This document shows, one piece after another, positions 38,201 through 52,119 of a stretch of 64,000 nt of DNA. Every line of letters begins with the position of its first letter. Position 1 is the first letter of the stretch. The translations under genes were made by a program, and so were the position numbers. The stretch lies in contig MU058687.1 of NCBI GenBank assembly GCA_013265495.1, forward strand, positions 3,226,001-3,290,000, given 5' to 3'. The notes beneath the pieces were generated by a model. That model saw nothing but the letters and a program-made list of their open reading frames with translations, ran no database searches and was not told the DNA's origin. This DNA comes from Vicugna vicugna. Lineage: Eukaryota.

Positions 38201-39157
38201 TCTGAGATTAATTTCTCATTTTAGAAAAACAGCATTGCAGATCTGGTAGGTAACCCAGGATTACTTGGTCAGACCTCCTTACAGATGAGAAAACTGGGTT
38301 GCTCAAAAAAATTAACTGCGACTCAGTAGAACGACTTATTGAAGGTCACACAGCCAAATTTGGAGCTTTATTAAAATTTAGCTTTCCTGACAACCATTCT
38401 AGTTTGCTTTCCATCTTATATACCATCCTATCTTAGTCAGAAACCCATTTTACCAATGAAACTGAGCCAACAAACTCATCTCCAATGAGGGCTCAAATTT
38501 GGATAGGATAGTTGATCAAAAGGAATGTTAATAAAAATTTGCTATCCAGGCTAAGAAACTAGATTTGCATTGCTTTTTCCGCTATAATCTTCGGAGCAGG
38601 AGAAAACAGGTGAGATGTCTTTCCTGCCTAGCTGCTCCAGCCTTTCAGTCGTGCTGAGATCAATAATCATTCCCCAGGCTCCTTTCCGCCTCATTACCAT
38701 TCTAATTTGCCTTAGTCAGGTCTATTTAGGGTATTAGGGTTTTATTTATTTTTTTTCCCTACACTAATAAACCAAGCTTTAAATTAAGGGAAAACAGAAA
38801 AGGGGTAAGACCAGCTTATCTTAGTGAAAAAGGTATTGGGAAGAACGTGGCATGCCAAGCCTGGCTGAGTCTGTCCTGTTTAGCAATACATCTCTGTCTC
38901 ACTGAGGGCCTGGGATCCTTCTAGGAAAAATCCGATGTAGGGTACTGGAAATAGGCGAGAAGCTCTACTGGAATAATAAGCAGAGTAGTGAGAGGATCTG
39001 TCTTACCCAGATGGGAGGGCCTCAGACTGGAGTGGAGCTGATGAGGGCCGTTAGGAAGGTGAGTGGACACTTTATAAAACTGCTGCTTCTGAGTGGTGTG
39101 CCTTACCTACCCCCTTTCAAAAAGCGTCACAAAGACCTTCTTCAAAAGAGCAATTTA

Positions 39158-39300
39158 AGGGGAGACGGTACAGTTCAATGGTAGAGTGTATGCCTAGCAT
39201 GCACACGGTCCTGGGTTTAATCCCCAGTACTTCTGTTAAAAATAAAAAAAAAAAACCTAATTACCTCTCCCCACCCCTGCTCCCCAAAGAAACTATTGCT
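39158..39300 (+). mobile_element. tRNA-derived SINE (camelid type)
   Basis: Same head sequence; 14-bp TSD AAAAGAGCAATTTA 39144-39157 / 39301-39314. Confidence 0.88.
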
Positions 39301-40547
39301 AAAAGAGCAATTTATGATGGCTATAGAAATTCAGAAGATAGAATATTGTAACCCTGTCTTTTCTGTGCATATACACCCTGTGCATACAAAAGACCTCTGG
39401 TAACATGCTTGCATTATGTTGTTTTTAACCTGTTTTACCCAGCTAACATATTGAGCATTTCTTCTATTAACTATATCTCTAAAACATGATTGGTAATAGT
39501 TATATTTTATTACATAAAATAATTGAATCAAACAAGCTCCTCTCGTTGAAAACACTGATGTTCCTAGATTTGCATTCTAATATATTTTAGGTAGAGGTAG
39601 AATTACCAGGTCAGCGAGTATTGCTTCAAATAATAATTTAAAATATCAAACATATTCTTTTTTAAAAAATGATTTTAAAAGATTTTCAATGTAAAAAAAT
39701 CAGAAATACAGAAAAGCACATATAAACATCAACTCTAATGCCACTGTCATTCACTTTGGTATACATACCCTTCCATATTTTTTTTTTTTAATAGGTGAAC
39801 ATTCTATACAGAATTAGGTTACTATGCATGGTTTCACAACTGGATTTTCTCATTAATACAAGTATTTCCTCCTATCTGTACTTGTTCTTCCAAAACATGA
39901 CTTTTAATAGCTATAGTTTTCCACTGTTTGGTTATGTCACACCCATTAGGATATAAGTACCACAAAGACAGGTCCTTTTGAGCAAAGAACAGTGACTCAT
40001 ATAGAACTGTGCTCAATAACCATTTATTGAACAAATACACGAATTTAATCAACCAACTCCTCATCGCTGGATACTGAACTTATTTCAAACTTTCACTATT
40101 ATATTCTTACACAAAAATCTTGTGGACAGCTTCAATAACTCCCTTAGACTTAACTAGAAGTGAAATTTATAGGTTCAAATGGTACACGTTTTAGAACATA
40201 ATTAGGATGATATATATTATTTATCATCAAACCAGAACCCTTCAGAGAGGAAAAGGGAACGTCATTCAGGACAGCCCTGTCCAAACTGGGATGTAGAATT
40301 ACATGTCGTATGACGCCAAACTGAGCCTTAGAGGCTACAGCAATTTACGTTCCCACCAGCACAGTATTAGAGTGCCAATTTTTCCGGGTCTAACATTTGT
40401 GACTCCACCCTTCCTACCACGTACATCCTTGGTCACACTGAGTATCTACCCTGGCATTTTTGATATGAAATAATAAAGAAACAAACACAACTTCTCCTTG
40501 GGCCCTTCTCTTGGTTTCAGGTTCCTTTTTAGGGGTCTAGTTCCCTT

Positions 40548-40870
40548 TCTGGGTGTCAGCAAACATTCTGTGTAAAGGCTAAATGCTATCTTTTTCAGGC
40601 TTTGTAGGCTACATGGTCCCTGTTGCAATTATTCAACTCTGCCATTTTAACATGAAAGCAACCACAGATAACCTGTAAATGATTTATTGCGGGTGTGTTC
40701 CAATAAAACTATTTGTGGATGTAGAAATTTGAATTTCATGTAGTTTTCATGTGTCACAAAATATTACTCTTCTTTTGATTTTTCCCCCCAACCATTTAGA
40801 AATGTAGAAACTATTCTTCGTCCATGCGCAGTAAAAAAACAGGGGGTGAGTCATAGTTTGCTGACCTGAC
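40548..40870 (-). mobile_element. MER58B-like DNA transposon
   Basis: Reverse orientation of the element at 21.7 kb: gtcagcaaacattctgtgtaaagg...tgttccaataaaact...tttgaatttcatgtagttttcatgtgtcac. Confidence 0.72.
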
Positions 40871-42111
40871 TTAGCAAATATCTGGTTGACAACTAGAACA
40901 AACTGGGCGGGGGTGGAGGGACTCATCCTCATTTAAATGTAGAAAAATTGCCAATTTTTCCTTTTTTCTGAGTTGTGTAATTTTCTGCTGTCAAAAATAG
41001 AGTTGTATTATATACATCTTCAACTATATGTGCCTCACAGAAATAAATACACATAAAAATGAGAGTGCTTAATTGTGCTAAGCCCCTCCTTGCCCCCACA
41101 AGTGAGCTCATGAGCACATCCCCCGAGGAAGCCTGGGTTAGGAGAGGAATCTGCTCTCTCTTGGCTGGCCTCAGTTTCCACACGCTTCTCATAGCACATG
41201 TATCTCATTTCCTGGAGTGTGAGTTTACAGTTTGGGTATGTATTTTTTTGTAGAACACTGCCCCTGAACACAAGCCAACACCTTCACCTAATAATCAACT
41301 GACTGGAGAGTGATTTGTTCTAATGCTGAAGGACAAAGTGACTGCTGGATTTACTAAATGACATGTGGGTTTTCAGTGGGTCACAAATAATGTAAACAGT
41401 ATTCATATAAAGGACATTAAGGAAAATTTAAGGGATTTTTCCAGTGGTAATTTTAATGATAGAAAATTATCCTATCACCTACTAATTTTAGAACCTTGTT
41501 ACAAATAAGGGATACGTCTATTTTTATTCCTTCAAAAATGCTCATAAGAAATAAAAGGCAGGACAAATGAGATGCAAATGTGGCAAGACATGTCACAAAC
41601 AGCAGGTATCAAAGAAGCTTCTGGTCACTTGTCCACATAAACGAATAAGCTGGAATGTTTCTAGGAGTCTATATAATAATAAATTATCGGCATATCATGT
41701 TTCTAGAAAGGAGCATGAAATTCCCATTATCATTTGAAATATCAATACCCTTAAGGAAGATGGTAGTAAATATTATCTTCATTTTACAAATGAGGTAACT
41801 GAGGCCCAGAGAAATGTAAGGTAACTTAGCCCAGGGTACCGTGAGTTGAGTTGTTGGGGGTACACAGATTAAAGCTCAGTGCTTTGTGCATTTTCCAAGC
41901 TGTCTATAATCAAAAAAGACAGCAGTGACTGGAATATCAAGGAATATTCTCTCCTGTGAGACAGCCACAAAGAATACTTAGAGCAGAAACAGCTAGAGGG
42001 CTTCAAAAGCATGAACAATACAGCAAGTGAAAACAGGGGGAAAAAAAAACCAATCACAGATACATTTACCCTCAAAAAGAGATACAGATCTTTAATTTAA
42101 AACTGAGTAAG

Positions 42112-42117
42112 TTTATT
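42112..42117 (-). terminator. ALKBH1: Candidate ALKBH1 polyadenylation signal (3' UTR ~740 nt)
   Basis: TTTATT on + (AATAAA on -), followed on the minus strand by U/GU-rich sequence. A second AATAAA lies at 41523-41528. Confidence 0.55.
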
Positions 42118-42839
42118 CATGGAGAAAACAGTTACAGAATACCCTTTGGACTTTCTTAGTCCAACAATTAAAATTGCGTTTAAAAGCCAACGGGAAAAGC
42201 TTAGAGACCTAAAAGACGTCTGGAGAAACTACTGTTCCTCCTTCCTTGGGTTTAGACGTATTTATCTTTTAAGCAAGAGAGATAGCTGTGATTAATCTCT
42301 TTTCCAGGGGATGTGATTTTCAGTTCCACTGTCTTAATGTGTACAGGACTCTTCTGTGAAGGTCAGAGAAGATCAAAGAATTTGATGTTGAATGAAAGAA
42401 TTAAGAAGGTAAGACTATTGGTTGGTTTATGGAACCACAATTTTACCACAAATCACTAGATGGGTGGTGAGAGGGGTATTATGTTTCCCATCAATAAAAC
42501 CTGAGGTATTTAAAGACTCGATAGACATGGAAACACTTCTACCTCCCTCAGAGGTAACTGCACAGGCTGAGAAGGCTGTTGTGGAAGGTCACACCTCCTT
42601 GGACTTCACGCATACCTTAGTACCAAAACCTAATCTGGACTGGACCATGACAAACACTTCTCTGAACAAGCGGTTAATCAGTTTTCTCTTCTGGGTGGGT
42701 TCCAAGGCAACAGTGTGATCAATGATGAGTTTTTCCTTGTCTCTGTTTTTGGCTTGGTGCTAAAGTTTATGGTAATACAAAACAGCATGGTCATTTACTG
42801 TTAAGACCTGCCTGAGTAAAAGAATGGGCTCTCCAAGTC

Positions 42840-43266
42840 TCAGCAGTCAGGGTTTAACCTAGCCCGTTTTACTTGGCTGGTCTCATCGTCGAGATGGCAG
42901 AAACCTGTGGTGACGTCTCTTTTATTCTCTTCCATGGGTTCCAAAGGGAAGTCTTGACCTACAGCCAGCACCTGTCGAACAGTCATGTTAACACGAGCAG
43001 TTTTCAAGTAGCTAGCACACACCTGCCAGTCCTCCACAGAACAGGGCTCCACCACTGAGTCTCTAGGGAGGTCAGCTGGGAGTAGAGTCTCAAGGCAGCA
43101 AGGCAGGCTTTCCCCTTCAGGACTGGGAAGGACCCTTGGGACTGCATGGTTCAACAGGCGGCTGAAACCTGACATTACCATAATGTCACCGCTGTGCATA
43201 AACATGGGGGTGGGAGCTTCATCTCTTTTGAGGCCACCCAGGAGAAAGATGGCAGACTGTCCGAAG
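42840..43266 (-). CDS. ALKBH1: ALKBH1 exon 6, coding part to TGA (427 nt)
   Basis: Acceptor tttttatag|C; FGQSAIFLLGG...NHAVPRV...ARVNMTVRQV...KRARLNPDC*, with the distal His and 2-oxoglutarate-binding Arg residues of the AlkB fold. The six exons sum to 1167 nt in frame. Confidence 0.97.
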
Positions 43267-43880
43267 CTATAAAAACAAAACAAAACAGGTAAAACAATAC
43301 ACAATAGTAAGTTCTGTTACTAACCATGGTTGGGAAAGTTACTGCCAACTGCATTGTTTTCTAACTGCAGCTTGATAATTATTGTTCTCAAATTCTCCTT
43401 TTAAAACTCTAAGATCCTTTTTTTCTGGCTTGTGTCTATGAGTGACCAACTCATGATATACTACTTAAACTTATCACAGCCCACGGGACTGCTGCAAAAT
43501 AAAATTTAAAGCAGGTAAATAACAAAATTAAAAATTTAGTTTTAACATGACCTCTTTAAGTTGTACTGATACATCTTTAAGTTTTTTAATAAAATTATTT
43601 GGGTCCTTTACTACATATTTATCATTCCTGTTCATTTAAAGATAAAACAATGAATGACTCTGTTTAGGCACTTTCTTTGTGAGATACAGGTACAGCACTT
43701 TGCACAAATATAAGCTTACATTTAGGGAGACAAGGAGAGTTAAAATATTCGGGCTTCTGTGCTTTGCTCTTCTCTATTCCAAAAAGGTTGCTCACTTGGC
43801 CTTACGGCCTTTTTCACTTATCTATTCCACAGACACTAACAATACCCCTCATTACAAAAGGCAGACCCCATGCATCTTAA

Positions 43881-44082
43881 ACATTAACTGTAATTTATTC
43901 ATTATTCTTAAAGGACTAGGCTATAATAAGTATTAACTGTATTAAGTTAATATGTTATTAAGTTAATAAGTTATTAAGTTAATAACTCTCAAAGAACTAG
44001 GCTATATAATAAGTATTAACTGTATTAAGTTAATATAAGTATTAACTGTAATTTGGTTATTACTCTTAAAGGAGTAGGCTAA
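43881..44082. repeat. Degenerate AT-rich complex tandem repeat in ALKBH1 intron 5
   Basis: Three copies of (t)ct(t/c)aaag(g/a)a(c/g)taggcta interleaved with repeated tattaactgta and ttaagttaata units. Confidence 0.8.
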
Positions 44083-44243
44083 TTTTACTTATGTACATTG
44101 TTAAGATGCCTATAAATGAAAACTTATGGAGTCCAACAATTTTTTAAAATTTAATGTTTTTATTTATGTACTTTAGCTTAAAAATGCTTTAGAAAAGGAA
44201 TGAAGTGATAAAAAGTAATCCAAAATCCCTAGACCTAACTTAC

Positions 44244-44437
44244 CTGAATGATAACAGGGGTTTGGAGTGATCCAGTTCAGATCTGTCTACGTGGATCCCC
44301 AGTGTGGAGTCTAATCGGTAGTAATTCAGGATACCTGCTTCAGCCCGGAAACCCTGAAATCCACAGGCAGCGGCTACTTGCTCTGAGAGGAAAGCCAGGT
44401 CAGAAGGGAAAGGCGTATAATGATCTGCTGAGTATTT
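44244..44437 (-). CDS. ALKBH1: ALKBH1 exon 5 (194 nt), contains Fe(II)-binding HxD
   Basis: Acceptor cttttatcaaag|[67 protein letters not shown](S); donor AG|gtaagt. Confidence 0.97.
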
Positions 44438-44580
44438 CTTTGATAAAAGTAGGGAAAATAAGAAAAATAAATAATGATCTCAGGAAAATAGGAAACTGTG
44501 GCATAAGATTAATTACCACTTTAAAAATCTAATTTACACATAATGTTAAATAGCATGACTTACCCATCCCTTGAAAGACC

Positions 44581-44768
44581 TTTTTTATTGAGGTACAGTT
44601 GATTTACAGTATTATATTAGTTTCAGGTACACAACATAGTGATTCAAAATTTTTATAGATTATATTCCACTTAAAGTTATTATAAAGTATTGGCTATATT
44701 CCCTGTGCTGTACAATATATCCTTGTGGCTTATTTATTTTATACATAGTAGTTTGTACCTCTTAATAG
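44581..44768 (-). mobile_element. L1 3' end in ALKBH1 intron 4
   Basis: ttttttattgaggtacagttgatttacag...ggctatattccctgtgctgtacaatatatccttg. Confidence 0.8.
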
Positions 44769-44972
44769 CCATTCATTTTTAAGGCATCCAGGAATCCAAT
44801 AACGGGCCATTCAAAATACTGAGCACTTATTACATGGCAGGCTCTGTGCTATGCAGTGATAAATCAGACAAATTCACCCTGCATGGAATCTACTTATGAA
44901 ACAATTGCACCTCTCTCTGGTATCCTCTAATCCTAAAAGGACAGTTCTCTTAAGGGTAAAAAGGCAACTCAA

Positions 44973-45271
44973 AACTGTCACTGCCAAGAGGTACCTAAGG
45001 AAACATGCTGGCTAAAGGACATGTATCCTGGATGGGATCCTAGAACAGAAGAAGTACATTGGTTACAAACTCAGAAAATCTAAATGAAGTATGTATTTCA
45101 CTATTACAATAATGTATCACTACTGGTTCACTAATTGAGAAAAAGTTACTGTACTAATGTAAGATGTTAATAAAAGGAGAACTGGGTGTAGGGTATTTGG
45201 AACTCTGCATTATCTTTTTAATTTTTCTGTAAATCTAAAACTATACTAAAAAACAAAGTTTACTTAAAAAA
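44973..45271 (+). mobile_element. L1MC-like 3' end
   Basis: tatcctggatgggatcctagaacag...ttttctgtaaatctaaaactat; TSD AAAAAGGCAA(C/T)TCAA 44958-44972 / 45272-45286. Confidence 0.72.
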
Positions 45272-47275
45272 AAAAAGGCAATTCAAGTAATACAGCCAGT
45301 TTGATTTTGGACCCCTCAGCCTGCAACATGGCTTCGTGTGATTTCACTGGTAGGTCTGATGGGATGACGTGCTCAAAACATCTGAACTTAAACTGACTTA
45401 TACTAGGTCAAGGCAGGATCTTAAAATGGAAGTAGTTTTCAGCACTTACTTCCCTGAACTGCCTCTATATTTAGTACCCAAGGATCACAAATATCTTTTT
45501 TCTCTTAAAAAAAAAAATCAAAGGCCAGAACACTCTACAAAACCTGTACAATTTCTGAGAATGACAAGGCAGCAGTCTCCTATGCAGATGAGTCTGAGGG
45601 CCAGTCTGGCCTTCTAAGCCAGCAGCAGCCTGATACCTTCCTTGGTCTGATGTTCCCTCTCACTCCTCCCATTGCTCAATCAAATTCAAATCTGATTAGG
45701 AAATCCACTTGTGTCTCACATCTCCACTAGTGACCACTAGCTAGAGTAACAGCCACACTTCTGAAGAGAATGTATTTACTTTGACTAAAAGTGAGCTTTA
45801 ACTTCCCATTAAGGAAGATTTTTGTGAAAGGTCTCAGATGGATGGCCAAGCCTCTTTGGAATCTGTTTATTTTTTTCTTCTCTTTTTCCTGAACTGCATG
45901 TAAGAAGAGCTTCTATTTAACTTCTCAAAACTAAGGGTGTAGTTAGAGAACTTTAAGGTTTTCTCCACCATTTTAAGTTTTGGTCCTTTAGAAGATCAAC
46001 CACTCAGAGCTGCTATTCTAGCACTAGATAGCCTCTGCTATGGTGAAACAGTTACCTTTTGGGGCTTTGAAGCCTATCCAAACTGTCTCTTATTTAATTC
46101 TTTTTCATTTTTCTCTGATTACCCATTCAGTGTTTTTGATCACTTTCACTCCATGTTTATCTTAGTAAATGAGGCTAACTCTGAGGTCCTTGGGGAAAAA
46201 CAGTATCAACAATAAAATCAGTATAAAAAACAAGAAGCTAACATTTATCGTGTTAATGTATTTAACTGCTTAGAACAGCCAGGCCCTGTTGTCATCACTA
46301 TAAAGGCATTAATCACTTAATCCTCGTGACCACCTTAATGAGGTACACACTATCCTTATTGAAAGCAGGATTCAAACCAGGCTGTCTAACCCAAAGAAAA
46401 CTACATGGCCATTCCCCAAATACAGATATCTAGCTTTCCATTAAATCTGTATCACTGGAAAAAAAAAAGAATTATATTATGAATAGTTCTGAGCAACATT
46501 TATCATTACTTTGAGTAGTTAATGTATTTATTAATGAGCTGGCTAGACTGAAACTATGGAGCTTTTAAAAAGTAACTGGTTAGTAGGAACATAGTCTATA
46601 CCAGTTAGTTTTATTTAGTTTCCTCTTAGAATTAGTCCTTCTACTTGGTGGCAAACATCTCACTGAGATAAGAGGCACTGCCATGCTGGTGATAAAGGAG
46701 GCATTTTCTGAAACATAGAGGTCAGGAAAGAAGAAACTGTACCTCAAGAAAACAAGGAACTTTGTTACAAACTGTGAGACATTGTTTTGCATTTTTTCCC
46801 TGCTCAGACCTTACATAGCAGTCAAAGGTATCTAGATCTTGAAAGTTCTCTTGTGAGTTGACGGAAGAGAACACCAGAAGTACATGGTGCTTCTTTCACT
46901 TTAGGCATGTATTATATAGAAAATAAATGGTCAACAAACACTAAATGATAATGGAAATAAAGATTATATTGAGAACTGCTCTTGAGTGCCTTAAAGAAAA
47001 ATCTATATCCCTGAAACCTCCGTAGAGAAAGCACCAATGACTTCTGATGAAATAATGTAACCCAAGGGCACATGAAAAGGTAATTTTCTATTGATAAATT
47101 ATTTATTCCTCTTTAGATACCAGATCAAGAGGAATTTAGGAGGGAATAAATGAAAGAAATTCTCCCACAAATGGATAGTCTGATACTTTAAGCTTGGTCA
47201 GGAAGAAATCAAACTATGTGGGCCCAAGAAGCATAAAAATGGAAAACAATGGAATTAGCAAGAAAATTTGAATAC

Positions 47276-47366
47276 CTTACTGTCCCAGTTATAATGGTAG
47301 CCTAGGGTCACCCAGCGCAGTTTCTCTAGTAAACTTCGGGGTCTCCGTTTATTCACTTCTTTATAC
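47276..47366 (-). CDS. ALKBH1: ALKBH1 exon 4 (91 nt)
   Basis: Acceptor ctttgcag|G; (R)[30 protein letters not shown]; donor AAG|gtattc. Confidence 0.96.
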
Positions 47367-48670
47367 CTGCAAAGATTGGAGACAAAAGATACTCTGTTCA
47401 CCTCAAAAGGCAGTAATAGCCCACTGTATGGACTCTGGGGTCTAAATCTGATATTCTATGGTATAAGCTGTTTGATAAGATCTCCACAGGGGAAAGCTGA
47501 ACATATAAATGAGTTGACCAAGAATATAACAGCACTACTGAAAAACATATTAGCATTTCTAATTTCTAGTCCTTTGTTTTATATCCTCTACTGAATGGGA
47601 TCAATTTTCAAATGGCAAGTCTCCAGCATCTCAAAACTAAAACAAGATGACAACTGAAATGTCTTACCTGTCCATGGGAAATGGGACAAACAGCCCTACT
47701 GGTAATTGAAAATCTGGCTAGCAGAGCATGTTCAATTCGGTTTGCTAAAAGCAGGACATGATTAATTACAGCTATCACTATGTCTATAACGATGGTGGCT
47801 TCCCAGAATTGTGGTTTGGGCATAAAAAAGTTTGGCAAAATACAGTATACAATAAAAAATAACTGGTTTAACATGCCTTTTTTAACCCTATATAACAATT
47901 AAGACAACTGAGGCCTAGCTAACAACTACTAGCTAAGGGCCACTACAATTGATTTGATTCTGACACCCCTGGTTCAAACCACAGGAGGTTTCTTTAAAAT
48001 GGAGGTGTCCTTTCTGCAGTTATATCCTATCTAATCAAATCCATGGGATTAACGAGTCTTTTTCTAAAGAAGCAGCTTGTTTGTTTGATTTACTTCTAAA
48101 CATTTAAAAACACAAGAATGCTAGGCCTAATCATTTTATTTAGTTTGGTATTTTTCTAATTACATCATTAATCAATAAAAAAAAATTTGGGGTCTAAGAA
48201 TCATTGCTGCTTAAAAAAGATCAGACTGCTATGAGGAGTTTATATTTTGACAGGAGATGACAGATAAGTATAAGAAAGAAATGAGGGGAAAACTCAAGAC
48301 AGTATAAAACCTAGTACTAAACTGAGCAGCACATGACTGTGAGGGCCACCAGAATTATGAAAAAGGAGAGCTCAAAATCAGCTGTCTCATCAGTTAAGGC
48401 TCCATGGCAGAGCTGGGGAGTTGAGTGTGGCACTGAAGAATGTCCAGCATTTAAACAAGGAGTGATGCAGTAGGCAATACAGGCACACAGCAGGAGCAGA
48501 AGCAAAGGATTTATTACAGGCTCACACTGTAAGTGGCACTCATCTTGATGTCTGACAAAGAGTTTACAGAGTAGATGCCACCTGTCCTCAAAGAGTTGCA
48601 ACAGAGACATACATCAAAACCAGTAACTAAATAAAAGGAATGGATCAAACACTGATTTATTTAGGACAGC

Positions 48671-48935
48671 TGTGCAGAAAAGAGGCCTAGCAGATCCAAC
48701 TGCTAGCCTTTTTAAGGACTGCTTATGAGGCTAGCCCTTGGCAAACATCTGGAACTTGGATTTTGGGGAGGTTCACACCATTACCAGAACTATAGCTCAC
48801 TGTGCCTAAATTGTTCATATAAACAATATAGTTTATGCTGAACACCTGCCTTCCTTCTGGGAGTCTAAATTTTGGTACCTGTCAGGCAGAGACTGCCTAT
48901 GTGCCAGCCCCTCATAAAACCTGGGCACTGAGCTT
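48671..48935 (+). mobile_element. MER68-like LTR fragment
   Basis: tgtgcagaaaagag...gctcactgtgcctaaattgttc...gtttatgctgaacacctgccttccttctgggagtct. Confidence 0.6.
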
Positions 48936-51371
48936 CTTTAAATCATGCTGATGCTGCTGGTCCAGAGACCACACTTCAGAAAAACACTATTCTAGCCAAA
49001 ATTAAAAAACAAAACACCTTCTATCTCTTTCTGGCTCAATAAAGGATCATTTTATTCTTGAGAAAGAACCCATTTATATTCTATCAAAACCAGACTGATC
49101 TGTACAAATAAAGATAACAAGGCAGCTCTGGCAATCTGATGACATTTTAGACATTTGATATAGTACCAATAAGCTGCTTTTCATCACAAGATTGGGTCTA
49201 ATGTTCTTCAAGAACAGGGTATACATTGTCATAATTAATACAGGGTTATGGTGTTAATAAAGTTATCAAAATTATAGTAACAACCAAGTATGAATAGAAA
49301 TATCCTATAACGTACCTTTTAAAATTCAGTTCCTTTTTTAGGAAACCAAAAGAAAATCTTTCTACATTAACTGGATCACTATAAGAAAGGCTTTCGGCTT
49401 TGCTTTATCCTTACAGAGAGAGATTGGTCCAAGTATGCAAAAGAAGCTAGCTAAGAGTCATACTTTCAAAAAAGCATTAAGCCCAGTCCTCATAACAAAG
49501 GAAAAAAAAAAAGCTGAAAATACTGAGGGATTAATGAAGGGGCAGTTGCGCTGTTCTTTTTTTTTAAACCTGACTTATCCAAAAGGAAGCCAAGAAGGCT
49601 GTTACAATGGAGCCCTCTTACCTACTGTAAGGAATGCAGGGAGTATGTTGAGACCTCACCTAACTTTAAATCTCTAATTATTCAAAAGAATGTTTCCAGC
49701 CAAGTATGACCCTACTTATTGGTTCTCATTGCGAACAGAAACACTCTGTACGCCTTGCCTCTGCTGCTCCCCCAGGCACCAGCAGGATGGATGAGTGGGC
49801 TGGCCACCTTCTCCCCTAGTCAAGGTGCCCACACAGCAGTTTTGCTCACTTTCTGTCACGGGTAGTAAGTACTGGCATTTTTTTTCAGCAATCACATTCT
49901 ATAGCACTGCTTTCAACTGAACCCTAACTGGACAGAAATGAACTCCTGACCTGCCTGTCCACTCTCTGGGCAGCAGGTAGTCTGGGTGTCATAACTAAGC
50001 TTTGGTGTTTTCTTCTCTTTCTTGCCTCAAGGGACATTAGTGAACCTCTGTGAAAGCAAAAGAACTCATTCAGTGAGGACTCAGAAGTCTAAAGGTTGTT
50101 TGATAGAAAACTTTCAAAATCCTATTGCAGGTATTGCTTTTTCAATCATTTTTAAAGACTTGGGGATAGTGTCTTTCATATCTCTCAATATTTCCCTCCA
50201 TGACCACAACTTTCTGTCCTTCCCTTCCTAGTCTCTCATTCCCATTAAATCTAGCTCTATATCCTATCCCTAGAACTCTGTTTTTTCAGTATTTGAGTGA
50301 TTCCAGTTTTGTTTCCCTTCTCAATCTGAATCTCCCTATCAATGCAACCATCCAACTCCACCTTAACTACTAATGTCCTTTTACTATCATGCAAATATTT
50401 AGTCTTATCTAATCTTCCATCTTTGGTCCTAAACCTTCACCATTTATCTCAAGTCCTCAGTCCTGCTCTTACTCCCTTCCAGGATAAAGAGAATACAGAA
50501 GCCTGATCAAAGGTCCAGTGAACGATTTCCACTTTTCTCCCTTATACCTCTAAACTTTTCAAAATCCTTAGCCCGTCCTTCCTGCCTGGTTTCAGCAGTG
50601 GTCCTACTTCTTTCCATTAAGGCTAATTCTCCACCTATACTATTTCCCATTCCCCTGACACAGCCTCTGAGGCCCTTCTCCATTGGTCATCTTTCTTCTC
50701 ATATCTTCAAGTCTGCCTTTGTACTTATTTCTTCCTCTTGATCTGCAAAACTGTTCAACATTTCCACATACTTAAGAAAAAACCAACAAAAAACATCTTT
50801 CCAACTTGATCTCTTACTCAGGTACCCTACCTACGTCCTGTCTCCCTCTGCTCCGTATCTCTCCTTCCTTTTACAATTAAACTTTCATAGAAGGACTCAA
50901 TATTTGCTGCCCTGACTCTCTCTCATCACTGCAGTCTGACTTTTGCTTATACCACTTTACCAAAACCTAATTTCTTAGATTCAGTAATATCATTTAACTG
51001 TCAAAACCTAGGCCTAATGACCTGGTTTGTCCTTCTTTTATTTTGGAAACATCTTCCTGTCTTGGCTTCCAATAGTACTTTTTTTTTTCACCCAGAGCTG
51101 ATGCTTCCTAGGGACAATGGCCTTCTTTTTTCTGTATGTTTTCCATAAACAAACAAACCACATCCATTCTCACTGCTTCACTATGGCTTCATGTGTAACT
51201 CCTACGTCTAACTTTGCTGCTAAGCTTAGTTCCATATTTCCAAAGGCATACTAGACATTTCCACATGGACACTCCACAGAGATTACAAAAGCAAAAAGCC
51301 TCAAATTACACTAAGGATCGTCTCTGCTCATTCTCCTCTTCCTCCAATCCTTATCTTCATTAGAAATCCTA

Positions 51372-52119
51372 GTATATATTGTTGCAATGAACATGGAGGT
51401 GTAGCTATATTTTTGAGATAGTGATTTGGTTTCCTTTGGATATATACCCAGAGGTGGAATTGCTGTATCAAACAGTAGTTCTATTTTTAATTTTTTGAGA
51501 AGCCTCCATACTGTTTTGCATAAATAAATAACTGCAGCATTATTTACAATAGCCACGACATGGAAACAATCTAAGTATCCAATGACAGATGAATGGATAA
51601 AGAAAATGTGATACCTATACAGCAGAATTATTCAGCCATAAAAAGGGGAAATACCGCCATTCGTGACAACACGGATGAAACTTGAGGGCACTATGCTAAG
51701 TGGGATAAATTCAGATAGAGAAAGACAAATATTGTATGATTATATTTATATGTGAAATTTTAAAAACCTGAAATAGAACATATTGATGGTTGCCAGAGGC
51801 AGGGTTGGAGTGTGTATGTGAAATGGGTAAAGGTGGTCAAAAAATAAAAACTTCCCATTATAAGAGAAGTAAGTTTTGGAGATGTAATGTACGGCATGGT
51901 GACTACAGTGAATATTGTACTGTATATCTGAAAGTTGCTAAGAGAGTAGATCTTAAAAGTTCTTATAACAAGAAAAAATTGTAATGATGTGAGGTCACTG
52001 ATGTTAATTAAATTTATTGTTATAATCATTTGGAATATACACATGTCAAATCATTATTTGGTACATCTTAGACTAACACAATGTTGTATATCATTTATAT
52101 TTCAATAAAACTGGGAAAA
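51372..52119 (+). mobile_element. L1 (L1MA-like) with 5' inversion
   Basis: 51372-51523 is antisense L1 (minus-strand translation KTVWRLLKKLKIELLFDTAIPPLGIYPKE); 51531-52119 is sense L1 3' end with AATAAA at 52104. Confidence 0.85.

Noticed and set aside
43267..43304. N-terminal MCIVLPVLFCFY of ORF 42840..43304
   Set aside because: Intronic polypyrimidine tract upstream of the true ALKBH1 exon 6 acceptor.
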